From Clostridia bacterium (GTDB lineage: Bacteria > Bacillota > Clostridia > Oscillospirales > UBA644), in contig JAFSHW010000038.1 of NCBI GenBank assembly GCA_017440085.1, positions 8,245 through 72,244 of the forward strand: DNA of 64,000 bases, written 5' to 3'. Both the position numbers and the translations under genes were made by a program. Below the pieces are notes generated by a model that saw only the letters and a program-made list of their open reading frames with translations, ran no database searches and was not told where the DNA came from. Every line of letters starts with the position of its first letter. Position 1 is the first letter of the stretch. Shown one piece after another: positions 1 through 7,449 of this stretch.

Positions 1-335
1 AGAGAGCCGTTACCGACAGCGAAACCTGCGTTCGCCACGCAGAAGGCAAGGACGGTATAAACAACCTTATGTCCATTTACTCCGCAGTTACGGGCAAATC
101 CTTTGAAGAAATCGAAAAGGAATTTGACGGCAGAGGCTACGGCGATTTCAAGCTCACGGTAGGCGAAAGCGTTGCGGAATGCCTTGCTCCCGTTCAGCAG
201 AAATACAACGACCTTATCTCCGATAAGGCTCAGCTTGAAGCGATTTACAAGCGCGGCGCAGAGCAGGCAGGATATATGGCTATGAAGACCTTGAGAAAGG
301 TTTACAAGAAAGTGGGACTTATTCCCAGAGCGTAA
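1..335 (+). CDS. trpS: tryptophan--tRNA ligase, C-terminal fragment (5' end outside window)
   Basis: Frame 3 is open from base 3. The translation RAVTDSETCV...GRGYGDFKLTVGESVAECLAPVQQKY matches the conserved C-terminal region of bacterial TrpRS as I recall it. Confidence 0.8.
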   Translation, partial: RAVTDSETCVRHAEGKDGINNLMSIYSAVTGKSFEEIEKEFDGRGYGDFKLTVGESVAECLAPVQQKYNDLISDKAQLEAIYKRGAEQAGYMAMKTLRKVYKKVGLIPRA

Positions 336-365
336 AATACCCATAAAACGAAAGGAAATTCAACA

Positions 366-821
366 ATGGAATCCACAGCTGAGAACAAGAAACTCCTTAC
401 GGTAAGACCGCCAAAGTTGAAAAATCTCATTTACACCGTAGTTTTCGCAATTATTTGCGGATTGTCGGTTGCCTTGCTTTGCTTTGCGGCAGGAGAAGAA
501 CCTACGACGATTTCGGAAAAAGTACTTAACTGCGCGCGTTTCATCCTTGCAACGGCAGGAACAGTTTTTTCTTTTGGAGGAGCGTTGGATAGCTTCAGAA
601 ATATCTTCGCTAAGCCCACTTTTTCAGTAAGCGAAGATGAGATTTTTATTTGCAAATACGGAAAAACGGCTCTTTCTAATCTGGAAAGCACTGAATTGAA
701 AAAGAAGGGTAATATTTTGGTTTTCAAATTCAAAGATGGCTCTTCCGCAGTTTTACGCAGCAGGATTTCGGAAGTACCCCTTGAAACGGTAGTATACGCA
801 ATTTCTTTAAGGCAGAAATAG
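366..821 (+). CDS. hypothetical membrane protein (two N-terminal TM helices plus a small soluble domain)
   Basis: 151-aa ORF with hydrophobic segments YTVVFAIICGLSVALLCFAA and FILATAGTVFSFGGAL. AGGAAA lies upstream of the ATG. No recognisable family. Confidence 0.5.
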   Translation: MESTAENKKLLTVRPPKLKNLIYTVVFAIICGLSVALLCFAAGEEPTTISEKVLNCARFILATAGTVFSFGGALDSFRNIFAKPTFSVSEDEIFICKYGKTALSNLESTELKKKGNILVFKFKDGSSAVLRSRISEVPLETVVYAISLRQK

Positions 822-945
822 AATAAATTTATTTATAGTAATGATGTTTGTGGGAAAACTTTCTTTTTTAGTGAAAAGAAAGTTTTCCCACACTAATATA
901 ATCCACATTTTCCGCATATTTTTGATTGAAGGAGAAATCATTTAT

Positions 946-1503
946 ATGCGGAACGATTTTTATTCAAAAATTTCAATAGCGGCGTTAGTTCTTGGCTTGG
1001 TGACGGGCGTTTTTTCAGGAGTTTTTTACGGCGAAGAGTACTCAGACGTTTACGGGGCTTGGCTCCCCTGCTTCTATAATTGCGAAAACCCAGAGCTGTG
1101 GGCAAAAGTATTTTTCAGCGGACCGATATTTACAATAGCAGTTTTTGTTATCGGATTTTTCATTTTGGGCTATTTATTTGTGTATCCCATTGGATTTTAT
1201 TACGCCTACACTTTTGGTTACCTTTTTGCCTCCACGGTAATTTGCTTTGGGGCATCGGAGCTGATTCACGTCATTCTGAAGCTTCCGTCTTTTGCGGCAA
1301 CCTTATGGTTGATTTGCAAGCTAACCTCGGAGGCGGTAAAATTTTCAATAACCGCTTTTTCCGGCTTGGAATATTATGAGCTGAGAGTGAAGGTTTCCCA
1401 TTACCTGCTGAAAGGTCTAAAATGCGTGGCGTTGAGTGCCTTACCTCTGGTATATGATGCCATTTTTGTGCCAAAAATCCTTAATTTATGGGATTCATTT
1501 TAA
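946..1503 (+). CDS. hypothetical polytopic membrane protein
   Basis: The ORF track runs from 841, but the ATG at 946 is preceded by GAAGGAGAA (930-938). About 5 predicted TM helices. Family not recognised. Confidence 0.5.
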   Translation: MRNDFYSKISIAALVLGLVTGVFSGVFYGEEYSDVYGAWLPCFYNCENPELWAKVFFSGPIFTIAVFVIGFFILGYLFVYPIGFYYAYTFGYLFASTVICFGASELIHVILKLPSFAATLWLICKLTSEAVKFSITAFSGLEYYELRVKVSHYLLKGLKCVALSALPLVYDAIFVPKILNLWDSF

Positions 1504-1520
1504 ACTCTTTGTAGCAAGCC

Positions 1521-1549
1521 TTGACAAGTTTCGACAGGTTTGGTATAAT
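1521..1549 (+). promoter_or_regulatory. sigma-A type promoter for the yesL-like/manA unit
   Basis: TTGACA (1521-1526), 17 nt spacer, TATAAT (1544-1549). Confidence 0.55.
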
Positions 1550-1583
1550 CATCTTGAGGACATTTTAAGGATGGTAAAAATAA

Positions 1584-2315
1584 TTGAGCTTATTCAAAAT
1601 GAATTACGATAAAGAAGGCGCAGGAGTTTCAAAAACTGAAGACAGACGCCCCGGATTCGTCAGATTTTTCTACGTTATCGGGCACAGATTTTGGCAGATA
1701 GTAGTGCTTAACGCACTTTATATTTTCGCCTGCCTGCCCATAGTAACTATCGGCCCTGCAACTGCGGGAATGACTTACGTTTTACGAAACTACTCCCAGG
1801 AAAAACACGCTGATATGTTCAGTGACTTCGTAGATAAATGCAAGGAGCATTTCAAAAAAGGAGTTTTTGCAACGGTTCTGACGGCAGTAGTGGGAGTTTT
1901 GGCTTGGTTGGCGTTCAACTTCTACACCACGGCACAAATGGGCGCAACAATGAGAGTATTAGCTCTCATCGTTGTTATATACATCTTTTATATGCTTCTG
2001 TCGGTAAATCTTTACCTTTACCCAATGATGGTTTCATTTGACCTGCCCTTTAAAAAGGTTCTGAAAAACAGCTGGATACTCGCAACCTACAAGCCTTTGC
2101 GAAACGTGGCAATGCTTCTCTTTAACGCATTGATTTTCGGTCTTTGCGTTTGGTTTTTCCCTGTATCTTTGCCCGTTTTACTGTTTTTAGCATTTACAAT
2201 CTGCAATTTATTCAACAATTTTATGATATACCCGTTGCTTGTAAAATACGTGGCAACCCCTGCGGAGGAAAAGCCCGTAAGCGATGAGGAAATTTTATTT
2301 AAAGACAGAACTTGA
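1584..2315 (+). CDS. YesL/DUF624 family membrane protein
   Basis: N-terminus ...FVRFFYVIGHRFWQIVVLNALYIFACLPIVTIGPATAGMTYVLRNY is typical of DUF624 (YesL). An alternative ATG start lies at 1599. Confidence 0.65.
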   Translation: MSLFKMNYDKEGAGVSKTEDRRPGFVRFFYVIGHRFWQIVVLNALYIFACLPIVTIGPATAGMTYVLRNYSQEKHADMFSDFVDKCKEHFKKGVFATVLTAVVGVLAWLAFNFYTTAQMGATMRVLALIVVIYIFYMLLSVNLYLYPMMVSFDLPFKKVLKNSWILATYKPLRNVAMLLFNALIFGLCVWFFPVSLPVLLFLAFTICNLFNNFMIYPLLVKYVATPAEEKPVSDEEILFKDRT

Positions 2316-2329
2316 GGGGGAAATTTAAA

Positions 2330-3262
2330 ATGAACGTTACAAGACTTGAACCTGCTTATAAAAATTACATTTGGGGCGGCACTCGCCTGAACTCCGAATA
2401 CAATAAAACCAGCCCTTACGACATAACCGCTGAAAGCTGGGAACTTTCCTGCCACGATGACGGACTTTCAATTATCGTAGACGGCGAACATAAGGGGAAA
2501 TCTCTTAAAGAAGTAATTTCCAAAAATCCCGATATTTTAGGTGAAAACGGAAAGAGCTTCGACTTTTTCCCAATTCTTATCAAGCTTATTGACGCAGCTG
2601 ACAAGCTTTCCGTTCAAGTTCACCCCGACGACAGCTATGCCCTTGCCAATGAAAACAGCTACGGCAAAACTGAAATGTGGTACGTTATGGACGCGGAAGA
2701 GGGCGCTTCATTGGTTTATGGCTTGAAAAAAGACGTTACTAAAGAAGAATTTCTTGACCTTGCAAAAAACGGAGGTCTTAACGATATTCTAAACTTCGTT
2801 CCCGTAAAAAAAGGCGATGTGTTCTTTATTCGTTCGGGAATGATTCACGCTATCGGTAAGGGAATTTTGATTGCTGAAATTCAGCAGAACAGCAATCTTA
2901 CTTACAGAGTTTACGACTACGACAGAAGAGACAAAGAAGGAAACCTTCGCCCCTTGCACACGGAAAAGGCTGCAATCGTGGCTGACCTTACGAAGATTGA
3001 AGAGGGAGGATTTGCCGACATTAAGCAAATTTCAGAAAATATAAGAAGACTCAGCGAATGCAAGTACTTCACAGTTGATGAAATCAAAGTTGATGGCAAG
3101 CACACTATTAAAAACGACGACATCTTCGTTTGCTTGACAGTTGTTTCAGGCGATGGCGAAATCGCCGGCCTTGAAGCAAAAGCAGGCACTTCAATTTTCG
3201 TTCCTTGCGGAGAAACTGCAGAAATTTGCGGAAAAATGACGGTTCTTGCTTCTTACGTATAA
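2330..3262 (+). CDS. manA: mannose-6-phosphate isomerase, class I
   Basis: Motifs YIWGG, LSVQVHPDD, GKTEMWYV and MIHAIG. ATG at 2330 is preceded by GAGGGGGA. The ORF track starts at an upstream TTG (2312). Confidence 0.85.
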   Translation: MNVTRLEPAYKNYIWGGTRLNSEYNKTSPYDITAESWELSCHDDGLSIIVDGEHKGKSLKEVISKNPDILGENGKSFDFFPILIKLIDAADKLSVQVHPDDSYALANENSYGKTEMWYVMDAEEGASLVYGLKKDVTKEEFLDLAKNGGLNDILNFVPVKKGDVFFIRSGMIHAIGKGILIAEIQQNSNLTYRVYDYDRRDKEGNLRPLHTEKAAIVADLTKIEEGGFADIKQISENIRRLSECKYFTVDEIKVDGKHTIKNDDIFVCLTVVSGDGEIAGLEAKAGTSIFVPCGETAEICGKMTVLASYV

Positions 3263-3284
3263 TAAGGAACCAAATTAAAATAAA

Positions 3285-4376
3285 ATGAAAAAACAAGCGA
3301 AAAACAAACGTGATTCAGTTTCTGTATTGGGCGGTTTGATAATTTTGGGGGCAGTTTTAGGCTGCGCGCTCATAGCAGAATACGGAACCAAAGAAGAAAT
3401 TCAAATACCGGAAATTTATTACACTCCACCGTCTCAGGCAACTATTCCAAATCTTTACGACCCTGAAAACGGCTCGGATAGTGACCCATCAGTTGATACA
3501 CTTCAGCCAGCTGACCCAAATCTCACAGATAGAAACGAAGATGGGGTAATTGACGAAGCGGATCTTTTACCAAGAGAAAAATACGATTTACCCTATCCTC
3601 AAACAGAACGCCCTGAGGACGTTAAGGCTATGATAGTTCAGCACTCCGCAAGGTCAGGCTACGAATACTTCGATAATTCAGTCTTTTTAGGCGACAGCGT
3701 AACCTTGGGTCTGAAAAATTACGCCACGAAAAAACGCCAGACGGACAGTTATTTCTTAGGTGATGCAAAGTTTATTGCCGTGGGAAGCTACAGCGTGGCT
3801 GACACATTAGTACCCCTTGAATCACCAAATTCAATTCACTCCCTTTATAATGGAGAAAGAATGCAACCGCAGGATATAATTGCTCGTATGGGCGTGAAAA
3901 AGGTATTTATTTGCCTTGGGCTTAACGACGTGGGGATTTACACTCAAAAGGAATATCTGACAAACTATTCAATTCTCATAAACAGAATCAGAAAAGAAGT
4001 TGAAGACGTACAGATTGCGATTCTTTCCGTAACGCCTCTCACTTTGGAAGGCGAAAGGAAAACTCTTTATAACGAAAGAATTGACAGATACAACAACGTT
4101 CTTGCAGCTTTTGCAAAAGAATACGGCTGTTATTTTATTGACGTCAGCCAAGTGTTGAAAAACGAAGAAGGATACCTTGCGGACGAGCTTTCAAGTGACA
4201 ATTACTGCCACCTTGAACCCACGGCTTACGATGCTTGGATTGACTATATGCTTACCCACTGCATTCCAACCCCCGAAGAGGAAGCGGCAATTGCCGACGG
4301 AAATCAGGGACCCCTCCACATTGACAAAGGAATTCCCGAAGTTGAAGGTTGGGAAGGCTCAGCGGGCGAGCCATAA
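3285..4376 (+). CDS. membrane-anchored SGNH/GDSL-family hydrolase
   Basis: N-terminal TM anchor. Block I FLGDSVT, block III GLNDVG, block V DNYCHL. Confidence 0.7.
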   Translation: MKKQAKNKRDSVSVLGGLIILGAVLGCALIAEYGTKEEIQIPEIYYTPPSQATIPNLYDPENGSDSDPSVDTLQPADPNLTDRNEDGVIDEADLLPREKYDLPYPQTERPEDVKAMIVQHSARSGYEYFDNSVFLGDSVTLGLKNYATKKRQTDSYFLGDAKFIAVGSYSVADTLVPLESPNSIHSLYNGERMQPQDIIARMGVKKVFICLGLNDVGIYTQKEYLTNYSILINRIRKEVEDVQIAILSVTPLTLEGERKTLYNERIDRYNNVLAAFAKEYGCYFIDVSQVLKNEEGYLADELSSDNYCHLEPTAYDAWIDYMLTHCIPTPEEEAAIADGNQGPLHIDKGIPEVEGWEGSAGEP

Positions 4377-4398
4377 AATTTAGAAAGGTTATGAAAAA

Positions 4399-4866
4399 AT
4401 GAAAAAGATTATTTGTTTTGTTTTGGCGGCAGTTGCTCTCCTTTGCAGCTTTACCGCTTGCGGTGGAACCACTCCAAAAGAAGTAGATATAAGCTCCGTT
4501 TATGCCGAAATTGAAAGTGCTGTTACAATCCCTGATTTCATAAAACTGACAGAAGCAGACATTGCAGATTACGTGGCTGTTGATGTGGCAGATATTAAAA
4601 ATATGATCGTTGAAATCAGCGCAGAAGCTATTTCCGCAGACCAAATAATTATTTGCGAAGCAGTTGACGCAGAGGCTGCTGAAAGAGTTGAAGCGGCGTT
4701 TGTAACTTACCTTGATACGGTGAAAAAGTCTTTTGAAAATTACCTTCCTTCCGAATACAAAAAAATGGAAGACACGGAAGTTAAGAGAAGCGGAAATTAC
4801 GTTTACTACGCCGTATCTGCTGAAGAGGATACCATAAACGGAATCTTCGATAAATATTTCAAATGA
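4399..4866 (+). CDS. lipoprotein, DUF4358-like
   Basis: Lipobox signal MKKIICFVLAAVALLCSFTAC. The size and the position next to a D,D-carboxypeptidase recall DUF4358 proteins of Clostridia. Family is from memory only. Confidence 0.55.
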   Translation: MKKIICFVLAAVALLCSFTACGGTTPKEVDISSVYAEIESAVTIPDFIKLTEADIADYVAVDVADIKNMIVEISAEAISADQIIICEAVDAEAAERVEAAFVTYLDTVKKSFENYLPSEYKKMEDTEVKRSGNYVYYAVSAEEDTINGIFDKYFK

Positions 4867-4876
4867 AAAAACGGAA

Positions 4877-4906
4877 AGAGAACTTCTCAGTAAGTTCTCT
4901 TTTTTT
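4877..4906 (+). terminator. rho-independent terminator
   Basis: Stem agagaactt / aagttctct with a 6-nt loop, followed by TTTTTT. Confidence 0.6.
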
Positions 4907-4978
4907 GCGCCTTCAGAATAGAGGAAGACCCTGCCGCATAAAATTGTATTGGGGCAACTCAATATTATTTCGGATGGG

Positions 4979-6112
4979 ATGAAAATGAAAAAACGAAGCA
5001 TAGTGGCGGCAGTTTTACTGCTGTCTGTAATTTTACCGCTTAAAACGGCAGCAGAGCCTGAAATTTCCGCAAAAAGCGGCATTGTAATAGAGCTGAACAC
5101 GGGAATAATTCTTTACTCAAAAAATTCCCAAGAAGCCTTGCCAATGGCAAGCACAACAAAAATTATGACTGCGCTTATTGCGTCAGAAATCGGTGATTTG
5201 GAAGCACAAATGACCGTTTCGGAGAAAGCCGCATCCGTTGACGGCTCACAAATGGGACTTTTGGCAGGTCAGACCTTATCTTTGGAAGACCTGCTGTATA
5301 TGATGATGCTGAAAAGTGCAAATGATGCGGCAGAGGTTATTGCGGAAAATCTTTGCGGAAGCGTGGAAAAGTTCGTAGAGCTGATGAACGAAAAGGCGCA
5401 AAAATTAGGTTGCAAAAGCACTCATTTTGAAAACGTTCACGGCTTGCCCAACGAAAACCATTACACTACGGCGGAAGAACTCGCAAAAATTGCAGCAGCC
5501 GCATTTAAAAACGTAACTGTAAGAGAAATAGTAGGCACAAAAACGAAAAAGCTCGACTACTTCAGCATAGTTTTAGAAAACTCAAACAAGCTTTTAAATT
5601 CGTACCCTTACGCCTGCGGAATGAAAACGGGATTTACGAAAGCGGCAGGAAGATGCCTTGTTTCTGCGGCAAGGAAAGATGGGATAACGCTTATTGCCGT
5701 GACTCTCAGCGCACCGGACGATTGGAACGACCACACAAAAATGCTTGACTACGGCTTTTCAAGGGTCAGCACTTACGAAGTTGTGGGAGCAGGTGAATTT
5801 TCCGCTGAAGTTCCCACATTGAACGGGGAAAAGGCGGCTCGTCTCATAAATACTCAAGGAGGCTACGGGCTTGCAGTTGACAGAACGCCATTGACTGCGG
5901 AAATAAAGGCAAATTTACCGAAAATGATTTTTGCCCCTGCCACTGCAGGAAAAACTGAAGGTTCTATTTCAATAATAGTTAACGGCAAGATTTTTCACAC
6001 CGCGCCCCTGGCAATAGCGGAAACCGTTTGCGAAAAATACTCAGAAATGAGCTTTTGGGAAATATTTTGGTACCGCTTCCGAAAAATATTCTTCTTTTAT
6101 TTAACAAGTTAA
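4979..6112 (+). CDS. D-alanyl-D-alanine carboxypeptidase (PBP5-type, S11 peptidase)
   Basis: Signal peptide. SxxK = ASTTK, SxN = SAND, KTG = KTGFT. The start could be ATG 4979 or 4985. The ORF track starts at TTG 4949. Confidence 0.85.
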   Translation: MKMKKRSIVAAVLLLSVILPLKTAAEPEISAKSGIVIELNTGIILYSKNSQEALPMASTTKIMTALIASEIGDLEAQMTVSEKAASVDGSQMGLLAGQTLSLEDLLYMMMLKSANDAAEVIAENLCGSVEKFVELMNEKAQKLGCKSTHFENVHGLPNENHYTTAEELAKIAAAAFKNVTVREIVGTKTKKLDYFSIVLENSNKLLNSYPYACGMKTGFTKAAGRCLVSAARKDGITLIAVTLSAPDDWNDHTKMLDYGFSRVSTYEVVGAGEFSAEVPTLNGEKAARLINTQGGYGLAVDRTPLTAEIKANLPKMIFAPATAGKTEGSISIIVNGKIFHTAPLAIAETVCEKYSEMSFWEIFWYRFRKIFFFYLTS

Positions 6113-6121
6113 AACCAACTA

Positions 6122-6150
6122 TTTACTTTGCGCCGCGGTTGTGGTATAAT
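6122..6150 (+). promoter_or_regulatory. sigma-A type promoter upstream of the malic enzyme gene
   Basis: TTTACT (6122-6127), 17 nt spacer, TATAAT (6145-6150) with TG-extended -10. Confidence 0.5.
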
Positions 6151-6263
6151 GGTTATAATTGCAAGTAATTGAAAAAGGACTGAAATAAATGGATTATTCT
6201 GAAGTTTCACTTCAATAGCACTCTGAATGGAAAGGTAAAATCGAAGTAATTTGCAGAGTTCCC

Positions 6264-7358
6264 TTGGAATCTAGAGACGATCTTTCATTGGCGTACACTC
6301 CGGGTGTAGCTCGCCCCTGCCTTGAAATTCAAAAGAATATAAATAAAAGCTACGAGTTGACAAGACGCTCGAATTTGGTAGCCGTAATTACCGACGGCAC
6401 GGCAGTTTTGGGCTTAGGAGACATCGGTCCGGAAGCGGGAATGCCCGTTATGGAAGGAAAATGCGCTCTTTTCAAGGCGTTTGGAGACGTGGACGCTATT
6501 CCTCTTTGCGTTAAATCGAAGGATGTTGACGAAATCGTTCGCACCATTAGTCTTATTTCGGGAAGCTTCGGCGGCATAAATTTGGAAGATATTTCAGCCC
6601 CCAGATGCTTTGAAATTGAGAAAAAGCTAAAAGAATGCTGTGATATTCCCATTTTCCACGATGACCAGCACGGCACGGCGGTGGTGGTTTTGGCGGCGAT
6701 GATAAATGCGGCAAAGGTTACGGGCAGAAAATTAGATGAAATGACAATCGTAATCAACGGCGCAGGAGCTGCAGGACAGGCAATTGCGAAACTTCTTTTG
6801 ACAGCTAACGTGGGTGACCTTATTCTCTGCGACAAAAACGGAATTATTTCTGATACTGAAATTGAGCCGGACTCCAGAAGAGCGATGGCAAGAATTACCA
6901 ATAAAACAAATAAAATAGGACTTTTGGCTGATGCACTCAAAGGGGCGGATGCGTTCATAGGCGTTTCTGCGGCAAATTTGGTAAGTGAAGAAATGGTTCG
7001 CTCAATGGCTAAAGACCCAATAATTTTCGCAATGGCTAACCCCAGCCCTGAAATTATGCCGGAAAAGGCGAAAAATGCAGGTGCAAAGGTTGTGGGAACG
7101 GGAAGAAGCGACTACCCCAATCAAATCAACAACGTTTTGGTCTTTCCCGGAATTTTCAGAGGAGCGCTTGACGTTCGTGCAGCGGACATTAACGACCAAA
7201 TGAAGCTTGCAGCAGCTTACGCCATTGCAGAATTGGTTACGGAGGACAAACTCTCCCCCGAATTTATTATTCCATCTGCGTTGGACAGCAGCGTTGTTAA
7301 AGCAGTAGCCCCTGCAGTTGCAAAAGCGGCAAGAGACAGCGGCGCGGCTAGAATATAA
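6264..7358 (+). CDS. NAD(P)-dependent malic enzyme (the uninterrupted part; the natural ATG at 6189 is separated from it by an in-frame TAG at 6216-6218)
   Basis: DLSLAYTPGVA, FHDDQHGTA and the GAGAAG Rossmann motif. The region upstream in the same frame reads MDYSEVSLQ*HSEWKGKIEVICRVPLESRDD, which is the normal malic-enzyme N-terminus. Confidence 0.85.
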   Translation: MESRDDLSLAYTPGVARPCLEIQKNINKSYELTRRSNLVAVITDGTAVLGLGDIGPEAGMPVMEGKCALFKAFGDVDAIPLCVKSKDVDEIVRTISLISGSFGGINLEDISAPRCFEIEKKLKECCDIPIFHDDQHGTAVVVLAAMINAAKVTGRKLDEMTIVINGAGAAGQAIAKLLLTANVGDLILCDKNGIISDTEIEPDSRRAMARITNKTNKIGLLADALKGADAFIGVSAANLVSEEMVRSMAKDPIIFAMANPSPEIMPEKAKNAGAKVVGTGRSDYPNQINNVLVFPGIFRGALDVRAADINDQMKLAAAYAIAELVTEDKLSPEFIIPSALDSSVVKAVAPAVAKAARDSGAARI

Positions 7359-7362
7359 TAAT

Positions 7363-7392
7363 AAACCCGACTTGAAAATCAAGTCGGGTTTT
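7363..7392. terminator. bidirectional hairpin terminator (malic enzyme side)
   Basis: Stem acccgacttga / tcaagtcgggt with a 3-nt loop, flanked by an A-run and a T-run. Confidence 0.65.
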
Positions 7393-7402
7393 ATTGATAC
7401 AA

Positions 7403-7432
7403 AAAATCCTGCGGAACAATCCGCAGGATTTT
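7403..7432. terminator. bidirectional hairpin terminator (adhesin side)
   Basis: Stem aaaatcctgcgga / tccgcaggatttt with a 4-nt loop. A-run on the plus strand gives a U-run for the minus-strand transcript. Confidence 0.65.
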
Positions 7433-7449
7433 ACGTTATTTAAGCTATA

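Noticed and set aside
841-945. N-terminal 35-codon extension of the membrane protein ORF, and similar upstream extensions at 2312, 4949, 25023, 35015, 43285, 49017, 58040, 60103 and 18090
   Set aside because: In each case an internal ATG with a proper Shine-Dalgarno sequence gives a native-looking N-terminus (signal peptide or conserved family start). The extensions lack an RBS.
4252-5100. 282-aa minus-strand ORF
   Set aside because: It runs antisense across the 3' end of the SGNH hydrolase gene, the DUF4358 gene and the start of the carboxypeptidase gene, all of which have clear motifs. It has a low-complexity Phe/Ser/Cys-rich translation and no RBS. It is a shadow ORF.
6216-6218. TAG reassignment (alternative genetic code) as an explanation for the malic enzyme stop
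   Set aside because: There is only one such event in 64 kb. TAG also terminates the ORF at 366-821 at a sensible position. A point mutation or a sequencing error is more parsimonious.
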